Shown here: positions 44,850 to 55,649 of the stretch, one piece after another
How positions within the stretch are numbered: the first letter of the stretch is position 1
How the letters are laid out: each line of letters opens with the position of its first letter
Source: Methanobacteriota archaeon
Lineage (GTDB): Archaea > Methanobacteriota > Methanobacteria > Methanobacteriales > Methanobacteriaceae
Reading direction: 5' to 3'
DNA: 64,000 nt
Assembly (NCBI GenBank): GCA_023434825.1
Contig: JAEYSH010000038.1
Span: 4,227 to 68,226 of the forward strand
Made by a program: the position numbers and the translations under genes
The notes under the pieces: model-generated
Database searches by the model: none
Seen by the model: only the letters and a program-made list of their open reading frames with translations
What the model was told of the DNA's origin: nothing

Positions 44850-45551
44850 ATGAATGCTCAAATAAATGAGATATTCTCAAGTATTCAAGGTGAAGGCTTA
44901 TTAATTGGCAGAAGACAAATCTTTATAAGATTTTCTGGATGCAACCTTGATTGCAATTATTGTGATACACCACAAAGCAGGGACCCAACTTTTGGAACCC
45001 CATACTCTGAAGAAGAGCTTTTTAATTCTGTAGATAATTTAATAACTCCTGATTTTCATTCAATCTCCATTACAGGTGGAGAACCATTATTACATGCTGA
45101 TTTTATAAAATCATTTTTGGAAAAATATGATTTCAATTGCCTGTTAGAAACTAACGGCTCATTACCCGGTAACTTAAAGAAAATATTGAATGTAATAGAT
45201 TATGCATCTGTTGATATTAAATTACCTGAACATTGTTCAACTTCTAACCATAATAAGCTGTTAATGAACGAGCTGGAATCACTAAATCTATTAATAGATG
45301 GGGGAATAAATACATACTGTAAGGTAGTTGTACTGCCATCTACAACTGTAGAAATGATCAACATAATAGCTTCAAAAATTAGTGAAACAATTGAAGATAC
45401 ATCAAATTTATCAATGGTTATACAACCCTCAGATCCACTGGATGACTGGAAAGAAAATAGTAGAAAACTATTTGATATATCAGAGAAAGCTGGTGAATAC
45501 ATGGACGTATTAACCATACCACAAGTTCATAAAATTCTTAGGATACGATAG
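44850..45551 (+). CDS. queE: 7-carboxy-7-deazaguanine synthase (radical SAM)
   Basis: [34 protein letters not shown]. Confidence 0.9.
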   Translation: MNAQINEIFSSIQGEGLLIGRRQIFIRFSGCNLDCNYCDTPQSRDPTFGTPYSEEELFNSVDNLITPDFHSISITGGEPLLHADFIKSFLEKYDFNCLLETNGSLPGNLKKILNVIDYASVDIKLPEHCSTSNHNKLLMNELESLNLLIDGGINTYCKVVVLPSTTVEMINIIASKISETIEDTSNLSMVIQPSDPLDDWKENSRKLFDISEKAGEYMDVLTIPQVHKILRIR

Positions 45552-45562
45552 GAGGTCTAAAA

Positions 45563-46129
45563 ATGGAAATAGAAACAAATGTAACAGTAAAAGACGCAAT
45601 GACATCTAGTGTGATTACAGTTAAGCCTGAAAACAACGTAGCAGATGCTGCATTCATAATGAGTCAGAATGAAGTGGGCTGTTTAATTGTTAAAAGCAAC
45701 GGTGAACCTGAAGGAATAATCACTGAAAGCGATATCTTAACCAAAGTAGTCGCTCAAGATATCAAAGCCAGCGAAATTACTGTTGACGAAGTTATGACCA
45801 AAAACCTCATAAAAATCGATCCTGGAAGGGAATTGAATGAAGCAGCACGTTTCATGTCAAAAATGAACATAAGAAGATTAGCAGTTGTTAAAGATGGTTC
45901 ACTTACTGGAATACTTACTGCAAAAGACATAATGGCGGTTTCTCCAGAATTGACTGAAATTCTTGTGGAAAATGCAAGGATGGTAAATCAAATGGACTAC
46001 AAAAAAGATGAAAGTCCCGTACCTGGAGTTTGTGAGGCATGCGGAAACTTTATGGATTATTTAGACGATATTGATGGAAAATTCGTCTGCGAAGAATGTA
46101 AAGAAGATTTAGAAGGTGATTTAACTTGA
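45563..46129 (+). CDS. CBS-pair protein with C-terminal Zn ribbon
   Basis: Two CBS motifs; CEACG...CEEC. Confidence 0.9.
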   Translation: MEIETNVTVKDAMTSSVITVKPENNVADAAFIMSQNEVGCLIVKSNGEPEGIITESDILTKVVAQDIKASEITVDEVMTKNLIKIDPGRELNEAARFMSKMNIRRLAVVKDGSLTGILTAKDIMAVSPELTEILVENARMVNQMDYKKDESPVPGVCEACGNFMDYLDDIDGKFVCEECKEDLEGDLT

Positions 46130-46938
46130 ACAATGTTGAAGATGTTATGACACCAAATCCGGTTACAGTTTCTGTAGATACTTCTGCAACTAAGGTAAGG
46201 TCTATATTAAGAGATGAAAGCTTTAGATGCGTTCCTGTTGTATCTGGAACCCATCTAGAAGGAATAATTACCCGTGGAGATATGATTAAAATATCTGCTA
46301 CAAAATCAAATATTGAGGCTCGAGGGATAATGGAACATCCCAAGGTAATTGCCAGGCCAGATATGGAAATTGCAGAAATTTCAAAGAAACTGATGGATGC
46401 AAACATCGTTCAAGCCCCTGTTATTAAATCAGAAGATAGTATGGATCTCGTCGGCATAGTAAGTGTTGCTGATCTCCTTGAAAATATAATGGAAAGAAAA
46501 ATGAAAGCATTATATCAAAATGTGGGAGAAGTAACAGTTGAAGATGTAATTACTTGTAATTATGATGATCCTTTGTCAAAAGTTTGGGATAAAATGGATG
46601 ATACAGGATATTCAGGTCTTCCAGTAATTAAAAAGAAAAAATTAATCGGCATAATAACCAGAAAAGATATAATAAATTCTGGACACGTTCGTTTATCCAA
46701 AGAAGGTGGAAATAAAACCCCTTCAAAGGTAGAAAGTATTATGCGAACACCCCCAATAGTCATCACTCCAGATCAAAGTATTGATGAAGCAGCCGAAATG
46801 ATGATTAAATTCGACATTGGAAGGTTACCAGTAGTTGATCATCCAGTATACATAAAAAAAGAACCCCAAAGAGCAAAAGAAGCTGATCTTATAGGCATAG
46901 TTTCAAGAGAAGATATTCTCGGGTCGTATATAAATTGA
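46126..46938 (+). CDS. Four-CBS-domain protein
   Basis: Repeated GIIT..D CBS motifs. Confidence 0.9.
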   Translation: MNNVEDVMTPNPVTVSVDTSATKVRSILRDESFRCVPVVSGTHLEGIITRGDMIKISATKSNIEARGIMEHPKVIARPDMEIAEISKKLMDANIVQAPVIKSEDSMDLVGIVSVADLLENIMERKMKALYQNVGEVTVEDVITCNYDDPLSKVWDKMDDTGYSGLPVIKKKKLIGIITRKDIINSGHVRLSKEGGNKTPSKVESIMRTPPIVITPDQSIDEAAEMMIKFDIGRLPVVDHPVYIKKEPQRAKEADLIGIVSREDILGSYIN

Positions 46939-47018
46939 TTTTCCAAAATACCTGCTTAAAAAACTCAAATTTATTTTTTAATAAAATAGTTTATTTCATA
47001 TTCATATGAGGTGTACTC

Positions 47019-47960
47019 ATGAGAAGAAAAGAACTAATTAATGTGGTAAAATCCAGAGAGCGAGCTCCATTAGAGTTCGAAACACATATAGCAGAACACG
47101 ACGGCGATATTATGAGCATCGCCAAAAAAGAAGTAATTTCAGTACCTCAAAGTGCTTCCATAAAAGAAGCAGCTGACTTAATGGTAAAAAACAAGTTCAG
47201 GAGGCTCCCTATAACTGACGCAGGAAGTGGAAAACTTCGTGGAATCGTAACAGTTATGGATATACTGGACTTTTTAGGTGGTGGCGACAAATATCAACTT
47301 ATAGAAAAAAAACATGATGGGAATTTTTTAGCTGCAATAAATGAGCCAATTAGAGAAATTATGACAAGAAATGTGGATACTTTAAGTAATAAGAGCTCCA
47401 TTGAAGATGCAGTTTCCCGAATGATTGATAAGGAAGTTGGTGCGCTTCCAATTATAGATTCTGATGAAAATATTGTGGGGATAGTCTCAGAAAGAGATTT
47501 TGCTGTGCTTCTTTCTGGAATTTTAACTGATGAAACAGTTGAAGACTACATGACTACAAATCTCATTAAAACCACTCCAGGGACAAGAGTAGAAGGGGCA
47601 ACCAAAATAATGGTTAGAAATAAGCTAAGAAGGATTCCTATAACTGGAGAAGAAAGGAAAACACCTCACCCTGAAAATGATAAATTGGTAGGAATTGTTA
47701 CCGCAACAGATATTCTCAACTTCTTTGGTAACAGTGCTGCATTTGAAAAAATAATAACCAATAACGCAGATGATGTCTTAAACACCACACTTAACGATAT
47801 AATGACTCAAAAAGTAGTTACTACTAGTGTGTACACTAAACTAGGAGATCTATGCAGTATAATGGAAAAAGAAGGAATTGGAGGAATGCCTGTAGTAATG
47901 AATAATGAACTTCAAGGAATAATTACCGAAAGTGATATTTTAAAAGCAATAAGTGAATGA
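47019..47960 (+). CDS. Four-CBS-domain protein
   Basis: RRLPI...GIVT..D repeats. Confidence 0.9.
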   Translation: MRRKELINVVKSRERAPLEFETHIAEHDGDIMSIAKKEVISVPQSASIKEAADLMVKNKFRRLPITDAGSGKLRGIVTVMDILDFLGGGDKYQLIEKKHDGNFLAAINEPIREIMTRNVDTLSNKSSIEDAVSRMIDKEVGALPIIDSDENIVGIVSERDFAVLLSGILTDETVEDYMTTNLIKTTPGTRVEGATKIMVRNKLRRIPITGEERKTPHPENDKLVGIVTATDILNFFGNSAAFEKIITNNADDVLNTTLNDIMTQKVVTTSVYTKLGDLCSIMEKEGIGGMPVVMNNELQGIITESDILKAISE

Positions 47961-47976
47961 TCTTAGGGGTGCTATA

Positions 47977-48819
47977 ATGAATGTTAATGAAGTAATGAAC
48001 GATGAAGTAATTTTAATTCAAGAAAATGAACAGGTAAATCATGCCCGGAATTTAATGCTCAAACACGGTCTTAGCAGAGTCATAGTAGTAGATAGAGAGG
48101 ATAATCCCATTGGAATTGTTACAGAAAGAGATTTAATACGCAGATTAAGAGGTAACGGCCCTGCATGGAAAAGAAGGCCAATTGACACCATAGCAATAAG
48201 AAGAGTTATGAGTAATAGTCTGGTAACAATAGATCCACAAAGCAACGTAAAAGATGCAGTGGAAACCATGCTTAGAAATAAAATAAGTTCAATTCCTGTT
48301 GTTGATGAAGAAGGATTAGCAGGAATAGTTACAAAAACTGATTTAATGAACCTCTATGCCTCAAAATTCCAGAACAGATGGAAAATATCCGATCTTATGA
48401 CCAAAGACGTAGTTACTGTAAATGAAAACCACACTTTATCCCACGTTGTAACTATTATGGATGAAAATAATGTAGATGGAGTCGTTGTTATGTTTGACAG
48501 CGATATTGCAGGTATCATAACACCAGCAAATATCTCCTTTGCACAAGTGGATGATCCAGAAACTGGGGTTAACATTGAAAAAGTCTATTTTATAAGACAG
48601 AGCCCGGAAGGTGAAGACAAACGAAAAGTCAAAGAATTGATGTTAACTGCCGGAGATATCATGACTGAAGATGTTATAACTATCAGTGCTGATGTAGATT
48701 CCTCAGAAGCTGCGAAATTAATGTATGATAACGAACTTAGCCATATTCCAGTCGTGGATGAGGATGAAAATCTCGTTGGAATAATTACAAGAACTGATAT
48801 AATTAAAGGAATTCAATAA
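47977..48819 (+). CDS. Four-CBS-domain protein
   Basis: CBS repeats; GGGGTG RBS before ATG 47977. Confidence 0.9.
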   Translation: MNVNEVMNDEVILIQENEQVNHARNLMLKHGLSRVIVVDREDNPIGIVTERDLIRRLRGNGPAWKRRPIDTIAIRRVMSNSLVTIDPQSNVKDAVETMLRNKISSIPVVDEEGLAGIVTKTDLMNLYASKFQNRWKISDLMTKDVVTVNENHTLSHVVTIMDENNVDGVVVMFDSDIAGIITPANISFAQVDDPETGVNIEKVYFIRQSPEGEDKRKVKELMLTAGDIMTEDVITISADVDSSEAAKLMYDNELSHIPVVDEDENLVGIITRTDIIKGIQ

Positions 48820-48852
48820 GGGTTTGGATTATATTGAAAGTGAGGGATAAAA

Positions 48853-49677
48853 ATGCATGTAAAAGATATAATGAGCAGTGAAGTTGTTGGAATAGATAAA
48901 GACCAGAACATCCATGATGCATTAAAACTCATGAAAAAAAATAAAGTTTCAAGGTTAGCAGTCATAAAAGGGCATAGAAGGAATAAAAAAGAACTTATAG
49001 GAATTATTACAGAAAAAGATATTGCTTTAAGACTTGGATCATCAAAATATGGGAATCTTCCACCTTCACATTTCCATGTATCCACAGTAATGAGTACCGA
49101 TCTTATAACCGTAGAAAGTAATCAGACCATTGGAAATGCTGCAAAATTAATGATTGATAATAAAATTGGAGGAATACCCGTAGTTGATAATGAAGAAATA
49201 GTGGGTATAATTACAAAAACCGATTTTGTCAAAACATGCCAGGGAATACCTTACAATGACACTGCAATTGAAGGGAATATGGGAAAAAATTTGATGACAA
49301 TTAGCCCTCAAGACAGACTTGTCCATGCAAGAAGAATGATTATTGATGAAGATATAGGAAGGCTTCTTGTAATGGATGGAGGTCAACTTGAAGGAATTAT
49401 CACAGCAAAAGATATAGCTTGCTCAATGATTTCATTTAGAAAAGTCGTTCCAGATAAATACCAATCTGCAAGAATAAGAAATCTAATTGTAGAAGACATA
49501 ATGACCCAGAACGTTCGCACAATTTCAGAAAGTGCTACAATTGCAGATGCAGCAGCCATGATGGTTAATGAAGAATGCAGTGGATTACCTGCTGTAAACG
49601 AATCTGGCGAAGTGACTGGTATAATCACTAAAACAGATTTATTGAAATTTATAGTTGACCTGGAGGAAGTTAGCTGA
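48853..49677 (+). CDS. Four-CBS-domain protein
   Basis: CBS repeats (GIITEKD, GIITKTD, GIITAKD). Confidence 0.9.
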   Translation: MHVKDIMSSEVVGIDKDQNIHDALKLMKKNKVSRLAVIKGHRRNKKELIGIITEKDIALRLGSSKYGNLPPSHFHVSTVMSTDLITVESNQTIGNAAKLMIDNKIGGIPVVDNEEIVGIITKTDFVKTCQGIPYNDTAIEGNMGKNLMTISPQDRLVHARRMIIDEDIGRLLVMDGGQLEGIITAKDIACSMISFRKVVPDKYQSARIRNLIVEDIMTQNVRTISESATIADAAAMMVNEECSGLPAVNESGEVTGIITKTDLLKFIVDLEEVS

Positions 49678-50930
49678 TTATACCTGAAATTACATGTCCA
49701 AACTGTAAATCAGAGATGCATGTTGACTGGAGGAGGAACAACTCCCTCAACAACTTTTTTTTTCATTGTTCAACCTGTGATTTAGAATCTCGAATAGTTA
49801 TTGAGGATTTTTTAGATAAAAAACTCCAGAAAATACTTGGAGTAAAGGCTGAAAAACTTAATCAAGCCATAGAAAAGGGTATTATTAAATTTTTTGATTT
49901 TAACGGTACCCCCTCACTTCAATTTAAAAAAAGTGTTGGTAAAATAGAAGATGGTACTGTAATTTATTTTAAAAACAATGTAGAGGTTATAAGAGGCTTC
50001 CCAAAAACACGGCGAACCCTAATTTTATCTCCTACTTTAAAAAATCATTTTTCTGATAAAATTGTTGTTGAAGAAAAAATGAATGGTTACAATGTCCGTA
50101 TAGCATTTATACAAGATGAAATAGTTGCTTTAACAAGAAGAGGGTATATGTGTCCTTATACTACTAAAAAAGCAACTGAAATATTAGATTTAGAAGAATT
50201 TTTCAATGATTATCCTGATCTTGTAATTTGCGGCGAAATGGTAGGTACCGATAACCCTTATGTATCTCATTACTATAAAGAAATAGGAAGCCTTGGTTTC
50301 AGGGTTTTTGATCTTCGAAAAAAAGTTACTAATGACCCGCTGCCTCTTGAAGATAAATATAAACTTTTGGAAAAATATAACCTCCCATCTGTACGTGTTT
50401 TAGGGACTTTTAATCTAGAAGAAGCTGCAGAAGAAGTTAAAAAGATTATAAAAGAAATTGGAGAAGAAAAAAGGGAGGGAGTGGTAATGAAAGATCCCCA
50501 AATGGAAATTGGCGCTCTAAAATATACCTCTTCTGAAGCTCATCATGATGAGATAAGCTATGCTTTCACATACCCCTTTGATTTTGGAAAGGATTTCTTC
50601 TTCAGTAGAGTTATAAGAGAAGGTTTTCAGGCATTTGAAATGAATGAAAATGGAGAAATGCTTAAAAAACGAGCGAATGAGCTAGGTGAGGCAATTTTAT
50701 ATGCTATGGTGGACACCATAAAAAATGTGGCATCCGGAAATATTGCAAGTGAAGATATGGTTATTGACGTTGAAAGTAGAGAAGAAGCAGAAAAATTTAT
50801 GCGTCACCTACATGATCTTGGCGTTTACGCACTTTTAGTTGAATTTAATGATAATAAAGCAACAATAAGAAGAATACATCAGTCCACCACAGATAAAATC
50901 AATAATTTCCTTAATGGCGGACTTTATTAA
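49674..50930 (+). CDS. ATP-dependent RNA ligase, archaeal Rnl3 family, with probable N-terminal Zn ribbon; start uncertain (CTG 49674 vs ATG 49716)
   Basis: Motif I EEKMNGYN, CGEMVG, FRVFD, REGVVMKD, KYT. Confidence 0.88.
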   Translation: MIIPEITCPNCKSEMHVDWRRNNSLNNFFFHCSTCDLESRIVIEDFLDKKLQKILGVKAEKLNQAIEKGIIKFFDFNGTPSLQFKKSVGKIEDGTVIYFKNNVEVIRGFPKTRRTLILSPTLKNHFSDKIVVEEKMNGYNVRIAFIQDEIVALTRRGYMCPYTTKKATEILDLEEFFNDYPDLVICGEMVGTDNPYVSHYYKEIGSLGFRVFDLRKKVTNDPLPLEDKYKLLEKYNLPSVRVLGTFNLEEAAEEVKKIIKEIGEEKREGVVMKDPQMEIGALKYTSSEAHHDEISYAFTYPFDFGKDFFFSRVIREGFQAFEMNENGEMLKKRANELGEAILYAMVDTIKNVASGNIASEDMVIDVESREEAEKFMRHLHDLGVYALLVEFNDNKATIRRIHQSTTDKINNFLNGGLY

Positions 50931-51042
50931 TTTTTAGTAATTTTATTTTTTTTACTTTTTTATGGGTTTATATATAAAGAGCACATAAACCAAAAATACT
51001 GTAAAATGTTTTTTAAAATTTTATTTTTAAATAGGGAAAATC

Positions 51043-51879
51043 ATGAATGAAAAAGTTAAAAATACAGAACAGAGAATAGGTTTTCTTGGACCTGCTGGAA
51101 CCTACGCAGAAGAAGCAGCATCAAGAATAGATGGTAAATTAATTCCATTTGATTCAATAATGGAAGTTATGGACGCAGTTAATAAAGAAAATGTTGAAAT
51201 TGGAGTAGTGCCAATTGAAAATTCTATTGAAGGTCCTGTAGGCGTTACACTTGACCTTCTAGCCCATGATTACGATCTAAAAATCAGAGGAGAGATAATA
51301 CTACCAATAAGCCATAATTTCCTTTTAAATCATGAATCTTCTATAGAAGATATTGAAATAGTTTATTCACATGGTCAAGCCCTTTCGCAGTGCCGTAAAT
51401 TCATTGAAAAAATGGGTGCAAAACCAGTTGCAACGCCCAGTACTTCAGGAGCGGCCGAGATGGTTAAGGGTAAGAAAAATGCTGCTGCAATTGGAACAGC
51501 ACGCGCTGCAAAGCTGCAAGGATTAAAAATCGCTGCTAATGATATACAGGACTATAAAGATAATTCTACACGATTTATAGTTATTGGTAAACATGATATG
51601 GAACCAACTGGCCATGATAAAACTTCTGTTGTTTTTTCATTGGTTGAGGATAGGCCGGGAGGTCTTTATGACATTCTGGGAGCATTTGCAAAATGCAATA
51701 TCAATTTGACCAAGATTGAATCACGACCATCTAAAAAAAAGCTCGGAAATTATATCTTTTTTATTGATTTTCAAGGCCATGCGGCCGATAAAGAAGTAAA
51801 GAACATTTTAAATAACATAAAAAACAAAATATCGTACATAAAGATTCTGGGTTCCTATCCCATGTTAGGGGATGATTGA
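51043..51879 (+). CDS. pheA: Prephenate dehydratase
   Basis: LGPAGT, PIENSIEG, SHGQALSQC, TRF, NLTKIESRP. Confidence 0.95.
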   Translation: MNEKVKNTEQRIGFLGPAGTYAEEAASRIDGKLIPFDSIMEVMDAVNKENVEIGVVPIENSIEGPVGVTLDLLAHDYDLKIRGEIILPISHNFLLNHESSIEDIEIVYSHGQALSQCRKFIEKMGAKPVATPSTSGAAEMVKGKKNAAAIGTARAAKLQGLKIAANDIQDYKDNSTRFIVIGKHDMEPTGHDKTSVVFSLVEDRPGGLYDILGAFAKCNINLTKIESRPSKKKLGNYIFFIDFQGHAADKEVKNILNNIKNKISYIKILGSYPMLGDD

Positions 51880-52558
51880 AATAAGCATGGAAAAAAATAG
51901 AATTCAAAAAAGCCTCAATGAACTTGAAAATGAATTCAAGAATGGTAATATATCAAAGAGCCAGTACGAATTCCAAAAGAGGCGTTTAATCGAAAAATTA
52001 GAAACTTTAGCAGTTGCTGAAAGAGTTATGAAACTTCAAGGTAAGAAAACAGAAGAAGCATCTACAACAACCAGCACTGATGATGATAATGATGAATTAT
52101 TTAAAAAATATATTACATCTCCAGGATTAAAAGAAAAAAATATTAAAAGCGGTAAACGTTTTTCCTATAATACCGTGATTGCAAGCGCACTTTTAATTGC
52201 TGCCTTTGTAATTGGTATTGGATTTGGTATTTATTCTTTAAATATACCTGAAGAGGTATCAAGCGTTTCTTTGTATACAAACGACAGTGCATTTCCTCCT
52301 TTTGTATTGAATAACACTACAAATGCGACAAATGCAACTAACAGCACAAAATTACTTAATGCTACTAAAAAGACCAATACAACAGTTAAACCTACACAAA
52401 CAACTAAAACCCCCGATAGTACACCTCCAACAACAGATCCTACACCTCCAACAACAGATAATAAAACCGGTGACAGAGCAGCAGGTGACCCCACCACTGA
52501 AAAATCAACAACACATAAAACATATAGACAAACAAGTTCAGATAACACATCGAATTAG
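51872..52558 (+). CDS. Membrane-anchored protein with SHOCT-like N-terminus and Thr/Asn-rich tail
   Basis: FKNGNISKSQYE..K; one TM; many N-x-T/S sequons; 19-nt direct repeat at 52420/52441. Confidence 0.75.
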   Translation: MIEISMEKNRIQKSLNELENEFKNGNISKSQYEFQKRRLIEKLETLAVAERVMKLQGKKTEEASTTTSTDDDNDELFKKYITSPGLKEKNIKSGKRFSYNTVIASALLIAAFVIGIGFGIYSLNIPEEVSSVSLYTNDSAFPPFVLNNTTNATNATNSTKLLNATKKTNTTVKPTQTTKTPDSTPPTTDPTPPTTDNKTGDRAAGDPTTEKSTTHKTYRQTSSDNTSN

Positions 52559-52743
52559 CGTGCTAAAAACATTTTAAAGCACCTAAAAATTTATTTTTTT
52601 TATAATACGCAATAATAACTTTTATATTTTAAAACTAATCATTTATTACCTTTATCTTTGTTTTTTTCTCCTTCTTACAGTGATTTTTAAAATAGAAAAT
52701 TATATAACCACTTCCTAGATGATAATAGATAGAGGTAAGTAAA

Positions 52744-53292
52744 TTGAAGAAATATCTATATATATTTATTCTTATATCTGCAGTTGTTCTGGCATCTGGA
52801 TGTACTAATAGTCAAAATGAAACATCTGGAAGTAATGAAACCAAAGCAAAAGTATACAGTGGAGATGAGGTAACATTCGAATATCCTGGAACTTGGGAAA
52901 CTATATCCAGCCAATCCAGAGATAGTATAATTGCAGTTGGAGATCCAAATTCTGCTGATGGAAATGGCAATGTCCGCATAAATGTTTTAATTCAAAGGAC
53001 CATAAAACCTCAGGCTACCGCACTTAAAGATTATTATAATGCTACATATGCTCAGTTTGCATCCCAAAATATTGGTTTTACACCAGTATCTGATGGTACT
53101 ATTCTTGTAAATGGGCAAATGGCCTTCGAAAATATCTATAAAATTAATAATAATGGTCAAAAAGAAGAGCGTGCAGTTTGGGTTCAAAAAGGTAACAAAA
53201 TTTTCATCATACTTTGCAGTGCCCCCGTATCAGATTTCAATAACCAGCAAGCAAATTTCGATAAAATTATTAACAGTTTTAAAGCTCTCTAA
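52744..53292 (+). CDS. PsbP-related lipoprotein
   Basis: Lipobox LASGC; FEYPGTW; FDKIINSFK. Confidence 0.8.
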   Translation: MKKYLYIFILISAVVLASGCTNSQNETSGSNETKAKVYSGDEVTFEYPGTWETISSQSRDSIIAVGDPNSADGNGNVRINVLIQRTIKPQATALKDYYNATYAQFASQNIGFTPVSDGTILVNGQMAFENIYKINNNGQKEERAVWVQKGNKIFIILCSAPVSDFNNQQANFDKIINSFKAL

Positions 53293-53404
53293 TTTTATTT
53301 TTTTAAACCTCCAAATTAAAGTTAAATTTTTATATTCTCCAGTCAAACAGATAATTAATTTTAAATTATTTATAAACAAAATTTTATTATTTAATGGTGA
53401 TATA

Positions 53405-53974
53405 TTGAAAAAATACATTTACCTCATATTAATCATTATTGCAGTGATTATTTCAGGTTTATATCTAATTAATAATGGAAATACGCCATACAATTTAACT
53501 TCAGGAAATAAAGAAATTAAAACATATTCTGCAAATGGCATTTCTTTTAATTACACTGAAAACTGGGAAATAATTAATAAAACAGGTAAATATGTAATTG
53601 TAAGCCTTAATGATACTAAAGCTAATAAAACCAATAATAAGACAGACATTAAACCCAATGCAGTGGTAGAAATATCTAAAAAAGCATCAGAAGGTATTCC
53701 TTTAGAAAAATTTTTTGATGAAGTAAAAGTAGGGGCTTCTGGAGTTCCAGGATATCGCCAATTGTCTGAAGGAAAAACAATAGTAGATAACAAAACTGCA
53801 TATGAATTTACAGCAAGCGGCATGGATAATGGTATTGAGGAACAGTTTAGAATAGTTTTATTTGAGAAGGGAGGGTTTATTTACATGATTGCGTGTGGAA
53901 CACGCGAACCATTTTACCTTACAGATAAAAACAATGAATTTGATATTATAATTAATAGTTTCAAAGTTCAATGA
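53405..53974 (+). CDS. PsbP-related protein
   Basis: GGTGA RBS with TTG 53405; signal anchor; FNYTENW; FDIIINSFKVQ. Confidence 0.8.
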   Translation: MKKYIYLILIIIAVIISGLYLINNGNTPYNLTSGNKEIKTYSANGISFNYTENWEIINKTGKYVIVSLNDTKANKTNNKTDIKPNAVVEISKKASEGIPLEKFFDEVKVGASGVPGYRQLSEGKTIVDNKTAYEFTASGMDNGIEEQFRIVLFEKGGFIYMIACGTREPFYLTDKNNEFDIIINSFKVQ

Positions 53975-54070
53975 AGCTTTATATTCTTTATTTTAATTCA
54001 TTCAAACAAAAAGAAAAATATATTAATCTGTTTCCTTTAAGATGATACATATAAACGGCGAGGTAATCAC

Positions 54071-54751
54071 TTGAGCGGTCCACTAAAAGATAACAAAAAT
54101 CCTCTGAGAATTCCCACACAGAAAAGAAGCAAAAGTAGAAGAATTCCATTAGGCGGGAAATACCGGAAAGAAATGATTGCTGGGGCCATAGCTGTACTAC
54201 TAGCACTTATTATTATAATTTTAACCAGCAGTGGAGGTACTGTTGCAAACAATGATACTTCAGATGTAAATAATACTGCAAAAATACCCACAAAAATCTA
54301 TTCTGCAAGTGGAATCTATCTGGAATATCCTGCATCATGGAACGTAACTACTGATGAAGTGAACGGTAGTACGATGCAAATTGTTATTCAAGACCCTGCA
54401 TCAGCAAGTGATCCTAATAGTACCCAATTAGCAGCTTTTACAATACTGAAAGTACAAAAAGACCCATATCAAACATTAGAGCAACGAAAAGATAGTTTTA
54501 TTCAGAGCTTAACCAGTTCAGGTGCAAATATAGCCCTTGCAAACTCAACAAACATAACTATTAATGGAATAAATGCTACAGATGCCATTTACACAGGTAA
54601 TGGGCCAAAATACGAAAAAATCGAACTTAAAATGGTATACTTTGAGGAAAATAATATATTTTACATAATGGCATTCCTTACTAAAGGAACAGATTTACAA
54701 AGTCAAAAGCAGTATTTTGATGTTATATTAAACAGTTTTAAAGTTCAGTAA
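54071..54751 (+). CDS. PsbP-related protein
   Basis: TM anchor; LEYPASW; FDVILNSFKVQ. Confidence 0.8.
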   Translation: MSGPLKDNKNPLRIPTQKRSKSRRIPLGGKYRKEMIAGAIAVLLALIIIILTSSGGTVANNDTSDVNNTAKIPTKIYSASGIYLEYPASWNVTTDEVNGSTMQIVIQDPASASDPNSTQLAAFTILKVQKDPYQTLEQRKDSFIQSLTSSGANIALANSTNITINGINATDAIYTGNGPKYEKIELKMVYFEENNIFYIMAFLTKGTDLQSQKQYFDVILNSFKVQ

Positions 54752-55131
54752 ATATTCTTTTAAATTTAAATAATATATTACTCCGCGCATAAAATAAAAG
54801 AAAATACATTACAATTTATTTTAACATGATAGCATAATATATATTAATGAACAGAATATATATTTGTTATATTATATTTGAAAGACAGAATAAATACTAA
54901 CAACGCTGCCTTGATCTGCTTTTTATTTTAGTTGCATCAGAGGATGTACAAAATAGAAAAACAACTTTTTATCCAAGTTTATTACTGCTGCAAATATGGA
55001 ATATTAAGAAAATAAATAGCAGTTTTTTTCAGGGTATGCTACCCATTGGAGGTAAATCTGTTTAATGGTGCAATTTCTAAATATAATTTTTAAAATTAAA
55101 TTTTAATTTAAATAATAAGGAGGAATGAAGA

Positions 55132-55629
55132 ATGGTATTGCCAGTATGCGATGTCTGTTTAAAAAGTGGAATGTTATGTCAGGGGTGTGAAAATAAATTA
55201 AAGAGCGGTGAAATCACCCAGCTTGACTTAGACATTGCAAAATTACTTTTCAAACTTGGCGACGGTAAAATTGGATTTAAAAAGACAATAGAAATAGGGG
55301 ACGTCGTTATAATAGTAACAGAAAAAGACCAAGTTGGAAAGATAATCGGGAAAAGTGGAAAAATAGTAAGAGCAATATCAAAAAAGATCCATAAGAAAGT
55401 AAGAGTTATAGGAGAAGGTTCTGATTTTAAAGAGATAGCAAGGGATCTTGTAGCTCCTGCAAGGATTTCCGGAATTAATATAGTCTATGGAATGGACGAT
55501 GAAGAGAAGTTTAAAATTAGAGTAATGAAAGAAGACTCAAGAAGACTTCCGGCTAGATTAGATGTTTTAAACAACATCATGAATCAATTAACTGATGAAA
55601 AAACAATTATAGTTATTGACGATCTCTAA
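55132..55629 (+). CDS. NusA-like KH-domain protein with N-terminal Cys cluster
   Basis: CDVC...CQGC; VGKIIGKSG KH motif. Confidence 0.85.
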   Translation: MVLPVCDVCLKSGMLCQGCENKLKSGEITQLDLDIAKLLFKLGDGKIGFKKTIEIGDVVIIVTEKDQVGKIIGKSGKIVRAISKKIHKKVRVIGEGSDFKEIARDLVAPARISGINIVYGMDDEEKFKIRVMKEDSRRLPARLDVLNNIMNQLTDEKTIIVIDDL

Positions 55630-55649
55630 AATCTATTTTGAGGGACAAA

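Noticed and set aside
44349..45551. queD/queE as part of a Dpd DNA-modification defence island
   Set aside because: No dpdA/tgt-like or other dpd genes nearby; the housekeeping context fits archaeosine precursor synthesis.
52420..52459. 19-nt direct repeat TACACCTCCAACAACAGAT
   Set aside because: It encodes the TPPTTD repeat in a low-complexity protein tail and is not a DNA element.
53111..53404. N-terminal extension of the 287-aa ORF
   Set aside because: It overlaps the previous PsbP gene and an AT-rich spacer. A GGTGA RBS with TTG at 53405 gives a start that matches the paralogs.
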